From Eledone cirrhosa (Eukaryota), in the NCBI GenBank assembly GCA_964016885.1, contig OZ024743.1, positions 77,066,001 through 77,130,000 on the forward strand: a stretch of 64,000 nucleotides of DNA, written 5' to 3'. The position numbers and the translations under genes are program-made. The notes under the pieces are model-generated. The model made no database searches. It worked only from the letters and a program-made list of their open reading frames with translations, and was not told where the DNA came from. This document shows positions 23,236 through 35,059 of the stretch, piece after piece. Within the stretch, counting starts at the first letter, position 1; each line of letters starts with the position of its first letter.

Positions 23236-26200
23236 GAGGTCCGGACCGAACCAGAACCCTAGCAATTTATTCGGTCCGTCCGTCCAGCGCCCGATGACGC
23301 TGTTGGACGGCATGGACCTGCCTCTCCAGGTGCCGAGCTGCAGGCCCACCGACTTTTCCTGGTTGATCATTGCTCCTGTCACCGCTTCATATTCTCTTAG
23401 TGTAGTGCCGATCGCCTCGATATGTTTGGCGTTTGACACCACTGACATTGTCCGCATATCCTAGTTCGCACGGGACCCCCCTCAACGTCTCCAGTTTGTG
23501 CAGTAATGGCTCGAGAGTCAATACGTACAAGAGGGACGAGAGGGGACATCCTTGGCAGACCGAGCGCTTGATGTTGAGCAGTTCCGAAAGTTCACTCTCA
23601 CCACAGAGCAGATGTCGTTGTGCATGGCAGCGATCCAGCCTCTGAAGACAGGCCCAAAGCCAGCCACCCTCAGGACTGCCACCAAATAACGATGGTCGAC
23701 CCTATTGAAAGCTTTCGACTGATCTAAATTGATCAAAGACCCACCCGTGCCAGGTTCTCTAGCTACCCTCTCCACGATGTATCGCATGAGGTGGAGGTTG
23801 TCGTGAATGGATCTGTTTGGAATGGCGCATGTCTGCGCCTCTCCCTCCAGTTCACCAACGACAAGCGCCAACCTCTTTGCTAGCACCTTGGCCAAAATCT
23901 TGAACTCTGTGTTTAGCAGAGTTATGGGCCTGAAATTGTTATCACCCTTGTTCGGATCTTTTCTCAGCAGCGCCACCACTCCTCGGCTCACAGGGCTGGG
24001 AATTCTCCCGTTCTGTTGCCAGTTGCAGTAGACGTCCGCCAAGAGGCCTTCGAACAAGTCTGGCATCTGTACATAAAGTTCATAGGGCAGACCATCCAAA
24101 CCAGGCAATTTACCCCTTGTGCAGCCAGTCATTGCCTCCCGTACTTCCGCTGCTGTTATCGGCTTTTCACAACACTCCGCTTCAGTGGCCGAGAGCCGCG
24201 GCAGTCCATCGAGGTAGACACTAAAGTCCATCCCTCGATCCGGCCCACCACTGCCCCGAACAGCTGAGCAAAGTGTCGCTGAAAAGCTTCACACATTTGC
24301 CCGGGATCGAGTAGCATGCGTCCGTCATGGTCCACCAAAGACCGGATACTAGCTTTGTTGCCATGACGCGCCTCCGCCACTCGGGCCCATTGAACGGCTT
24401 TCATCCCCTCATGACTGAGAGCAAGCACCCTAGCTCTGACAACGCAGCCTTCGTGCTTTGCATTGAAGAATTGGTCAAGGGCCAATTTTGCTGCAAGTAC
24501 GTTGGTTGCGTGCCTTTGCTAAGCGCCTCATCTAATTTTCTAACTAGTTCTCCCTCTGCTCTATTTTTTTCTATTGCTAAAGCTTTACTAAACCTAATGG
24601 ACTCTATTCTAATCGCTCTTTTCAGAGCAAACCACCATTTGTTGTTAACGATGGCCCCCGTCAATGCCCGCTTAACTAGTTCGTTAATCCAGTCTCTGTA
24701 GGCCTTGCGCGCTGTTAATGACGTGTTTAGCTTCCAGTAGCCGGGTCCTTGTCTATGAAGCCTATCTAAGTCAACCACACAGATCATAAATTTGTGGTCC
24801 GTGTAGCTGACTATCTTGAATTGTGGACAGCCTATCTATTTCCTATCATTTCCCTACAAAATACTCTATCTAGATATGATCTGGATGACCCGATATGGTT
24901 TGTCCAAGTCCACATTGGCACATTCGGGAAATCCAATCGGTACCTGTCAGACAGTTCGAAATGCCCGAACAGGTTGGTGAGGCTCTTGCACCCTCCTCCC
25001 CTATCCGCTAATCCCACACAGTTCCAGCGTGCATCTAAGATCCCGTTCCAGTCGCCCACTAACACTAGAGTGCGGGACGTTCCAAGAAAGGTCTCCAGAC
25101 GCCAGAAGAAATCAGGCCGCCCTGCTCCTGTTGGGGCATAGACGGCCACTATCCTGAAAGCTTGCCCATCTCCGCTAGTCACGTCCAGCACCACCAACTT
25201 ACTTTCTGGGTCCAGGCAGATGGCCCGTATGGCGAGATCCAAACGTCTCCGAAAAAGCACAGCAACTCCCCCCCCCCCTCGATCCAGGACGGTTGGGAGA
25301 TGCGTACACATCATAGCCGCCGAAGATCGGTGTGAAGGCCCGTGCTTCGGAGATTCTGGTCTCGCTGATAGCCACCACATCTATGTTTATGTGACCTGAG
25401 GTCGTTGAGCAGGTGGCCCTGCTTCCAAGACAACCCCAGGCCACGCGCATTTATGCTGTCTATTCTGAGTGAGGTCATGTTGAAAAGGAGTGGAAAAAGA
25501 TGGGAAAGACCACTTACCTCACTTTTCGTAGGGGGAGGATGGTTTTTCCATCCTTCTCACTGCTTGTGGCCTCCTCCGGAAGGATGTCCTTATAAATCCT
25601 CCTGGAGAGTGTTTATTGGAAGTCTCCGATGTCTTTGGGGAATTTTTGTTTTAGTGTCGTGTACGTTTTCTGTGTGATGCGAGTGATTTGTATGTGTTGA
25701 GGTGGTGTGAATTTTTGGGGTGTTGTGTAGTCTTTTTCTGTGATGTTGGTGTTGTGTTGGATGTAGTGTAGTAATTGGTTGTTGTTCAAATTTAATGCTG
25801 TGTAGTGGGTATCGTTTTGGTTGTTTTGTTTTGTTTGCATTTGTTGTGGGTTTGTTTCTGTTTCGCTTTTTGGTGACTTTTGTGATGTAGGTGATGGTGG
25901 TGTTGGGGTTAATGATGGTGATGGTGTTGGTGTTTGTGGTGATGGGGTTGGTGATGCTGGTGTGGATGGTGGCATAGCTGTCTTAACATTTTTGTTTGTT
26001 TGTTTATTTGTTTCCCCCTGCATTTTGTTTTTGGAGGGGGAAGGAAGAGGATTTTTTCTTTTTGGGGTTCTTTTTCTTTTTTCTTTCTTTCTGATACAGT
26101 TTCCCACTCCTCATCGTCACAATCTGTCTCCAGTTGCGATAGGTCGGGGAGTGGAAAATCCTCCACAGGCGTTGGTTTTGGTTGTGGCGTGGTGGATGGT

Positions 26201-27705
26201 GGAGGCGCTGGTGCTAATTCTAGCATGGTGGGTGGTGATGGTGTTGGTTTTGCTACTGCTGCTGGGGTTGTTGCTGCTACAGTTGCTTCTGCTACAGTTG
26301 TTGCAGCCATTTCTGCTTCTGGTGGTGTTGATGGTTGAGTCACTGGGGTGGGTAAGAGAGGTGGCTTCAACTTTTTAGCCTGAGGGCAGAAAGCCTTTAG
26401 GTGGGTTCCTTCACCACAAACGACACACCTAGGCCTTCTACCCTCAACGATTACGGTGAGGTGGCTGCTGTCAGTAAGGTTTATCACCTCTGGAATTTCC
26501 TCAATGTTTTTTTGGTCCGCTTGAATCAGGAGCTCCATCACAGATCCGGACCAGTTCTCCTGCTTTTCTTTTGTTACTTCAATTATTTTTGTGTTGGCCT
26601 CGATGCCGGTAAGGACGGCAGCCATTAACCAGGGAATTTCGATGGCCGGTGGAACGTGGGTCACCCTGATCTTCACGAGTCTCTGACCACAATAGCTTGG
26701 GACGAGTGTGAAGTCGTCACTTCTTAATGGGGCTATGGAGTGCTCTCTGGCTTCCTGTGGTTTTCCAAAGAACACGTCCACGGTTCAATATCTGCCCATG
26801 TCTGATGTGGGGTTTTTTCGCCCACATATGTCCCAAAACTTTTTGTATCTGGGACTCGGATGCCCGTTCCACTCGGCGTGATTTTGTGTTTATTGTCCGA
26901 TATGTCAAGGTGCATAGGCGCCGATGCTCCATTTTATTAGATGGGTGGGGGGTGGGGGGTCACCCTGTACCCATCTTTTTTTACCATTCTCTTGGCTTCA
27001 TTTAATTCATCCTGGCTTACCTCGATTGTTTCACTTTTCTTGGCTGCTTTGGCAAACGACACATTTTGTTTTGCAGTGGTGTTGATGTTGTTATTCTTAT
27101 TGTTGTTTTTGTTGCTGTTGTTGTTATTGTTATTTTTAGTTTCAGTTGTGGTGGAGGCGGTGGTGGTGTCAGTAGTCCTCGGCGTGGAAGAGTCGATTCT
27201 GGGTGAATCCATTTCGATGTCACGAGATAATTTTTTTGGGGGGGTTTCTGTTGTCGCTGTAGTTGTGGTGGTGGTGGTGGTGGTATCAGTGGTGTTCGTT
27301 GTTGTTTTTGACATTGTTGTGGTGGGGGTGGCGGCTTTAACACCTGCAGTTATTGGTAATGGCGGGAAATCCATGTCTTTATGCGGCAAATCTAAATAAT
27401 TGAGACTGCTATTAATTATATTTTCAGTGTTGGCAACCGTGGCAAGGCTTACAATGGTGTTGGTCTGTTAAAAGCAGTAAATTTGTCGTCCATGTTTTTT
27501 TTCAAATAAATATTTTGTTTGATAAATAAAAATTTTAAGTTTTGGGCTCAACGCCCCAATATTTTTTTGTGTCCTTTTCAGAAAGCAATATATGTGAACT
27601 TATAAACACTTAACAACAAAAATTTTCCATAACTGGTAATTTGAAACAACTGAAAACAACAAAGTTTTGCGGAGCTCACGGTAATACGATTTCCTACGTA
27701 GGTCG
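23236..27705 (-). mobile_element. Tx1/L1-clade non-LTR retrotransposon with 5' UTR, ORF1 and ORF2, frameshifted and 3'-truncated
   Basis: ORF1 spans about 27493-25560 with a CCHC knuckle (CVVCGEGTHLKAFCP). ORF2 starts at 25478 (MTSLRIDSINARGL). APE motifs: VVAISET, VAVYAP, LVGDWN, SYLDR. Linker GPGYWKLNTS. RT motifs: PGLDGLPYELY, NFRPITLLNTEFKILAKVLA, LDQSKAFNRV, QGCPLS, YADN. Confidence 0.93.
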
Positions 27706-28847
27706 CCAATAATAATAATAATAATGAAATTATTGTGAAAAGTGCTCAGGTGCACTACAACTCGTCAAAGGTGCATGTATAGTACATAGAATAATATACA
27801 AATGTCATGGAAGTGAATAGTGTATGAGTCATAATATACATGTGTGTATGTGTATGGAGGGGGAATATTAGGTGTAGTGTTGGCAAATCTCAAGAAGTAT
27901 GGAGGTTTTAAAGGATGCAGTGTTTCAACAGCTAATAACTGATGCAGGTAGTTTGTTCCATGCTTCAGCAACTCTGAGCGTGAAAAAATGTTTCCGAAAG
28001 TCATGGGAACTGTGCTGTTTTCTTACTTTGTCGGCATGCCCACGTGCGTTAGACACATGGAAATCAAAAAGGTACTCAGGGTTGTTGTTGGCAAGATGGT
28101 TAATACTTTTGTGGGTGTTTACCAAGTCAGTTGCCAGACGTTGGAGCTTCAATGTATCAATGCCCAGGGAAGCAAGGCGTTCAGAGTATGGTAGATGCCT
28201 GATGGGGGGTGGGGGGTATTCGCTTGGTTGCACGTCTCTGAACAGTTTCCAGGCAGTAAATATTCTGAACAAAATAGGGGTTCCAGACAGGTGATGCAAA
28301 TTCTAAGTGTGGCCGCACCATAGCTATGTACAGCTTTAAATAGATGGCTGAGTGATGCTAAGACACCCTCGGTCTTCTTCACAATTTTAGAGATGTGCTT
28401 CGTCCAACGCAAATCGCTGCTGACCGTAATGCCCGGGTCACATTCACAAGAAGACTTCTTGATATTAGTGTTGTGGAGGGAGTATGTGGACGCTGGGATT
28501 TTACTCCCAAAATGCATGGTAGTGCACTTGTCCACAGCTAGCTCGAGTTGCCAGTCTGTGATCCATTGTTGCATTGTATCCAGGTCAGATTGCAGGCAAG
28601 ATCTATAGTGTTCAGGATCTGTCCTTTTTATCTCACGGTACAGCTTGATGTCATCTGCATATTTCAGTACTGTGGCATTCTTTAAGTTGGCATCTATGTC
28701 ATTAATATATGCCACAAACAAAAGGGGGCCAAGAACAGATCCATGTGGTACACGAGATGACATCTCATATGGTGAGGAATGCTGTCCTAGAACCATGACT
28801 ACCTATCTTCGACTGAGAATGAAGGACTTCAACCAGTTAAAAAAATC
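27706..28847 (-). mobile_element. CR1-clade LINE, 5'-truncated, with (ATT)n tail
   Basis: VPHGSVLGPLLFVAYINDI..LKYADDIKLY..LQSDLD..W..DWQLEL..DKC and RKHFFTLRVAEAWNKLP. The 3' end is shared with the copies at 41380 and 56600. Confidence 0.92.
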
Positions 28848-29127
28848 ATGAGCCTTCATAAAAATATTTTATAGATAATGTTTTATCAACAAAAATTTTT
28901 ATTAAAAATAGGTTAAGAAGTTTATGTTCCCATAATATTTTTGTCAAGTACCTTTTATCATAACCTCGGTCGATCTTATCTTTTCCTTGTGGTGTGGTGG
29001 GCGGCCGATTGTTGCACTTGGTGCTGAATTGATGGTTGTTGTTGCTTTCTCTCACTTTGATCACATATTTTTTCTGTATTATATTTATGAAGTTCCTAGC
29101 AATAATTAATAGTATTTATTATATGTG

Positions 29128-29340
29128 AGGGCGGTGAATTGGAAGAATCGGTAGAGCGTCGGACACCATGCTTCGTGACATAGAGTTACGGCCCTTTACA
29201 TTCTGAGTTCAAATTCAGCTAAGGTTAGCTTTGCCTTTCATCTTTACAGGGGTCGATAAAATAAAGTACCAGTAATCTACTGAGATAGATTTAATCGACT
29301 TTCCCTTCAAATTGCTGGTCTTGTGCTTCTATCAGAACCA
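29128..29340 (+). mobile_element. tRNA-derived SINE (Deu/Nin-like, long-tail subfamily)
   Basis: gggcggtgaattgg head, B-box gagttcaaattc, flanked by an attatatgt direct repeat. Confidence 0.85.
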
Positions 29341-30008
29341 TTATATGTATCTATATTTTCATTCTGTAAGAAATATTCATTAAATATTCTATATATTAAA
29401 TGTGTTTATATTTTCATTCTGTAATAATTATAAACAATTTATAATGTTATTTATACAACTGTGAATTATATAATAAATTATATACGCTTTAGGAATAAAA
29501 TCGGAAGCCTGTCGTATGAAATATACTTGTAATTCAAACTAGCGGCCTTGTCATACCGACTCTAACCCGAAAATATGTTAAATGTACACGTGTATATATG
29601 GAGTACTCAGCCACTTAAAAATTAATGAGTAAGCTATTTTGTCGACCGAACACTGATCGTCGAAACCGACGGAGGTCCTAATATATAAAAAATTAATAGT
29701 TCAGGAATTGAAATATTTACACAATTATTAATAAATAAATGAAAATAGCAATTTAGTGTGTGTAATATTTAAGGTTAATGACCTTTCATGCAATAGACTT
29801 TAAAGTACGTAAATACATGTATGTCGTTATCAACCACGTAAATACAATCCAGCTTACCGAAAATTGTTATTTTTGTGATATAATTATTTAATAGAATTAT
29901 TATTAAATATTGAATACCAGATTTTATATTAATATATCATATATTTTAAACTATTAACTCGTAATATTTTATTTTTAATTTAAACTAATGTTGGATATGT
30001 AACGACAG

Positions 30009-30042
30009 TGAGTCAGTTTATGGTTTGGGCGGAAATTTTGAA
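30009..30042 (+). promoter_or_regulatory. Putative TRIP13 promoter: AP-1 site and CDE/E2F-CHR (DREAM/MuvB) element
   Basis: TGAGTCA at 30009-30015. TTTGGGCGGAAATTTTGAAA contains GGCGG (30028-30032), a 4-nt spacer and TTTGAA (30037-30042). It is a lone GC patch in an AT-rich, repeat-poor region upstream of a cell-cycle gene. Confidence 0.65.
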
Positions 30043-30334
30043 AACTTTTACAATGTCTTCTGCAATTCAATGGTTTCTTCTACTTTTATATTTTAGAATT
30101 TATTTTAATTTTCTGTTGTGAATATATGAGAAAAAAATTATATTTTTTATTAAAATATTATTCATAAGAATATAATTAAATGTTTTAACAATTATTTTGT
30201 TTAGTAAGGTAGATTTTTTAAAAAGTCTTACATGAAAATTGAGGGGAAAAAAAAGGAATTATTACATTTCATAACTTATTTTTATTTGATCTGATCTCAA
30301 TATAATTTATAATTTCCTTGATAAACTGAAAATA

Positions 30335-30420
30335 ATGGATAGAGTTGCTGAATTAGAAAATGCTCTTCCTAGTGATTTTCAATCATTTTACCACATCGAA
30401 GTTGCTCTGAAACCCGAAAG
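30335..30420 (+). CDS. TRIP13: TRIP13/PCH2 coding exon 1
   Basis: ATG GAT AGA...CCC GAA AG|gtatgt, 86 nt. MDRVAELENALPSDFQSFYHIEVALKPES resembles the TRIP13 N-terminus (MD...L..ALP.....H.EV). Confidence 0.85.
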
Positions 30421-30990
30421 GTATGTATAACTTCGATCATCCATCGAGTTACACTTTTATTATTATTTATTATAATATAATAAACATCGTTTATTATCAT
30501 TAAAAATATCAACATTGTTACTTCTCTATGAATATAATAATTGTTTCTACTTTTGGCACAAGGCCAGCAATTATTTCAGTGCATTACTGGTAGTTTATTT
30601 TATCGATCGCGTAAGGATGAAAGGCAAAGTTAACCTCGGTGGGATTGAATATAATAATATGTTTACAGAATGATAATATAGACGCATACAAAATGATAAT
30701 ATAGACATATATAATATAGATAATACTTAATACTTCTTACAGAATGATAATATAGACGTATATTGGGAATTTAATCATCAGCAGCGTGGATCAATTAAGA
30801 TATAACTTTCTTAACCTTATCACACCCGCCGAGGTTAACTTTGCCTTTCATCCTTACGGGGTCTATAAAATAAAGTACCAGTAATGTACTAGGTAATTGC
30901 TGGCCTTGTGCCAAAAGTAGAAACAATTATATATATATATGCACACACAAACACTCACACGCATATATATATATACACACACACACACAC

Positions 30991-31056
<66 letters not shown>

Positions 31057-31632
31057 ACACTCACACAAACTATACTATATATATATATTTCAGTATGGTC
31101 CACCCTTGGTGGTAGGGTCTGAACCGTAGATAGAACTCAATGAAATCTGATGGCGAGTAATCCAGTGAAATCTATTGCAGTTATATAACTGTATACTATC
31201 AGACCTCATATATAGGTTCGATCAGACCGTCTTCTTCGGAAACAATGAAGTTAGAATTTTTATTGGTAGTATATAAACAAGGCAGATATAAAAAATAGAC
31301 GTACCATATAAATACATTTTCCAGATTGCCTCCTTATATACTGGCAGTAGGAATTAGATGAGCTTCGATTTTATTAAAACAATTATTAAAGCAATTTTAT
31401 ATACAGCAGATACATTGTTTCATTCTAACAGCTGCCTCTATTCACCTTTTCTCTGCCTCCAAGGGTAATTTACTTGCCATATTAAATATTTTATAGTTAT
31501 GAATTGTAGCAGCTTATAAAGCAAATAAATGACAAATTGTTTAACCCACGCAATTTTTTCTAAAATTTATCAGTTTATTTACTTTTCATAATAAAAGCAA
31601 ATAGATTTTTTTAAATATTTATATTTTTTCAG

Positions 31633-31798
31633 CACTGCTCGGAAAAGTTTTATCAGAGAATGTGTAAAACAGTTCCTATATAATCAGAAGGTAGCTTATG
31701 GAGACTTTACCAGTACAGAGTTTGATGATGACGACTTGAAAACCCATGTAAAAAGTATAGCTTTATGTGATACAGATCTGAGCATCAGAGAAAGACAG
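31633..31798 (+). CDS. TRIP13: TRIP13 coding exon 2
   Basis: ttttcag|C ACT GCT CGG...AGA CAG|gtatat, 166 nt. STARKSFIRECVKQFLYNQKVAYGDFTSTEFDDDDLKTHVKSIALCDTDL. Confidence 0.9.
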
Positions 31799-32979
31799 GT
31801 ATATATTTATGTTTATCTTTATTTTTTATGAGCTAAATAACCTGCTAACATTAGTGGTCGTGTAAGTGTCATGACAAAAAGTACCCAGTACAGACTGTAA
31901 AGTGGTCGTGTAGGTGTCATGACAAAAAGTACCCAGTACACACTGTAAAGTGGTCGTGTAAGTGTCACGATAAAAAGCACCCAGCCTACACTGTAAAGTG
32001 GTCGTGTAGGTGTCATGACAAAAAGTCCCCAGTCCACTGTCGACACTGTAAATGTGGTTGGCATTAGTAAAGGCATCCAGCTGAAGAAACCAAGCCAGAA
32101 ACAGTTCTGTTTGAGCAAAACATGGTCACCTGACCTGACTTGCCTCAAATGGGACAACCTATTTAACCCATGCTAGCATGGAAAATAGACGTTGAACGAG
32201 GCTGATGATATAAGCATTTGAATTAGCAAGCAGAAATCTTATATTTTTTCTAGTTTTATTCAGATTCCACCTAAATTAGTAGGTTCAGCCAACTTAACTG
32301 TAAATCTTCTTTATGAATTAATGTAAAAATATGAAATGAATTTAGTTGTAAACTAAGGTTGACCCAATTGTTTTGAAATTTAGCACATTACTATCATTCA
32401 GCAAGAGTACACCTCTTGGCATTGAGAGATCACAGCTTTGATACTATGGACATGTGGTTAGAATGTCTCAGGAAAGAATCTCTGAATTGAAAGATCACAG
32501 TTCCAATACTATGGACATGTGGTTAGAATGTTTCAGGAAAGAATCACTGGAGTCACTCCAGGTAGAGCCATTACTTCTCTGAATTGAGAGATCACTGCTC
32601 TGATACTACAGGCATGTGGTTAGAATGTCTCAGGAAAGAATCGCTGGACAGATTTTACAGGCAAAACCAACTGGCAGGAGACCCAGGAGTAGACTCTGAG
32701 CAAGATGGTTGAATAACATCCATGAGCTTAGCTGGTCTTGCTTGGGAATCCAGCTGGATTTGTTAATTCAAATGTTTATATAATATGTTTACTGGTTGAC
32801 AGATCATTGTGAAAATTTGCTGTAAACTAACATAAAAAATTTTAATATAATGTAGTCATAGTGGTGTTTTTTACTTTTCAAGATTGTATCACTAATGTGG
32901 TTTCATGGGATACAGGATGTTAAGTTGTTAGTTGCTGTGATAATAAAAGAACAGCTGTCTTCTATTTTCTTTTTAATTA

Positions 32980-33188
32980 CGAGGAGCTGCTGAAAAGTTC
33001 CTGGTTTGATGGCTGTTACAGAGGCCTGGAGGGAGACTCAACCTTCCGAGTTCTTTTTACTTTTTACAAGGCTTAGAAAAACTGAAGGACTGCTGCAATA
33101 AATGTGTGAATCTGAGAAGGGAAATATGTTGAATAAAATCAAAATTAATTGATCCACCCAAAGCCAGGAATTGTTCAGCACCCCCTCA
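32980..33188 (+). mobile_element. Mariner-derived MITE (TA-flanked); a solo TIR is also present near 5650
   Basis: TA|cgaggagctgctgaaaagttcctgg ... ccaggaattgttcagcaccccctca|TA. The internal KCVNLRREYVE* resembles a mariner transposase C-terminus. Confidence 0.75.
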
Positions 33189-33416
33189 TAGAACTTAATA
33201 TCAAAATGAAGTATTATTAAATTCAAATCCCGCCGAGGTTAACTTTGCCTTTCATCCTTACGGAGTCGAGAAAATAAAGTACCAGTAATGCACTGGGTAA
33301 TTGCTGGCCTTGTGCCTAACGTAGAAACAATTATTAAATTAGAAGTATTAACTTTATTTATTCATTTATTTTGTATTGTAGTATAAATAATATATTTTAT
33401 GTTTTATATATTTCAG

Positions 33417-33599
33417 AGTATTGACTTAGAGAACAGCAATTTCAAAGTCCATGTTTTCCATTTACATGAAGATGGTCCATCAGAGGAAAATCTTGGAGAA
33501 GATAATAACTGTAGTGTTGCACAGATCTGGAACTTACCTAGTTTAACCTTCTATAGCATGTGGGATTTTCTAGTATTTGATGAAGATATAAAAGCACAT
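33417..33599 (+). CDS. TRIP13: TRIP13 coding exon 3
   Basis: tttcag|AGT ATT GAC...GCA CAT|gtaata, 183 nt. VHVFHLHEDGPSEENL..AQIWNLPSLTFYSMWDFLVFDEDIKAH. Confidence 0.92.
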
Positions 33600-33689
33600 G
33601 TAATACATTTTAACACTGTTTCTTCTTCTTTTGTTGTAATATCTGTACTGTAGTTAAATATGATAAAACATGGCTTTGCACATCCTTTC

Positions 33690-33975
33690 CAGCACAGTCA
33701 CTCTCCACTTGTTGCATTCCTTCATCATCTCAGTGAGGTTCAGTGTTTTACACATCCAATGGATCAGGCTCACTCCATTTCTCTCCAGTCTCCATATATC
33801 CTCTACATTTACCACCCATATTTCATTCTCATGCAACATCACACTTCTCACTCATGAATCATAAAATCCTTTGTTGTCAACAGAGGTAGAAGCTCCCTGA
33901 ACTTTTTCCATCCTGTTCTTATTCTAGCTTCTATATTTTCAGAGCAAACTCCTCCTTTACTAATTAACTCACCAT
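33690..33975 (-). mobile_element. Old RTE-clade LINE fragment
   Basis: MRSVMLHENEIWVVNVEDIWRLERN..WMC, homologous to the RTE copies at 35060 and 36262. Confidence 0.7.
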
Positions 33976-34062
33976 GAACTGAAAAACAACATTTAATTTA
34001 GTACCAGTAATTGTTTACAAGCTTCGTTTCATTGGTATTTTGTTTGTCTTTCTCCTATCCAG

Positions 34063-34153
34063 CTGTTGAACTATGCCATGACGACTCTTCTCTTCTCTGA
34101 TAATAAAGTTAACAGCAATATAATCTCATGGAATCGAGTAATTCTTCTGCATG
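34063..34153 (+). CDS. TRIP13: TRIP13 coding exon 4
   Basis: atccag|CTG TTG AAC...CAT G|gtaagc, 91 nt. LLNYAMTTLLFSDNKVNSNIISWNRVILLHG. Confidence 0.96.
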
Positions 34154-34261
34154 GTAAGCTCACTTTTTAAAATTTACCATACTTATATAATTTTCTCTCT
34201 CTATATATATGTGTATATGCAAGCGTGGAAGATAGACGTTAAACGATGATGATGATATATA

Positions 34262-35020
34262 TCATCATCATCATCGTTTTACGTCTGTTCTTCCACGCTA
34301 GCATGGGTTAGGCGGGTTGTTCTGTTGTGGGCAGTGTCTGGTCGGCTGACCTTGTCTTGCTCATACAGGAACTGATTCTGGCTTGATTTCTACAGCTGGA
34401 TGCCCTTCCTAACACCAACCTCATTTACAGTGAGTGCTGGGTGCTTTTTTCCGTGGCACCTACACGTCCACTTTACAGTGTGGGCTGGGTGCTTTTTTGC
34501 CGTGGCACCTCCACGACCACTTTGCAGTGAGAGGGTGTGGGGGCATATTGTCTATATGCTTCAGCTTCGGCTTGTTCCTGTGGTGGGTCGGATCTTCTGT
34601 ATTACTGCGTGACACCAGAGGTCACAGTCGTGTGTCATTGCTCTTGAGAGGTGCAATTGGGTAAGGTCGGCCTTTATCACCTCATCCCAGGTCTTCTTGG
34701 GTCTCCCCACTCCGCGGCTTCCATCGACTTCTAGTGCTCTGCACCTTTTTATGCAACTGTCATCCTTCATATGCATCACATGTCCATACCAACATAACCT
34801 CCTCTCCTGCACACAGCATTTCTATTATGCTCAGTCTCTTTCTCAATTCGTTTATACTTTGCCGTTCGCGTATATTGCTATTACACATTCATCGGAACAT
34901 GCAACCTTCGTTTCTTTCTAATCTACGCAAGTCTTCTACAGACAGCGCCCAGGTTGCACTTCCATATAACATTGCTGTTCGTATACATGCATCATACAGT
35001 CTGCCTTTCATTTTGAGGGA
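34262..35020 (-). mobile_element. RTE-clade LINE 3' end with (GAT)n tail
   Basis: QERRLCWYGHVMHM..CIKRC..LEVDG.RG.GRPKKTWDEVI, followed by the shared 3' UTR and tail. Confidence 0.88.
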
Positions 35021-35059
35021 TATATATATATATATGCCTCAAAATGGTATATATATATA

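Noticed and set aside
25821-27399. Plus-strand hydrophobic Val/Leu/Gly-rich ORFs
   Set aside because: These are antisense shadows of the Thr/Pro/Asn-rich LINE ORF1.
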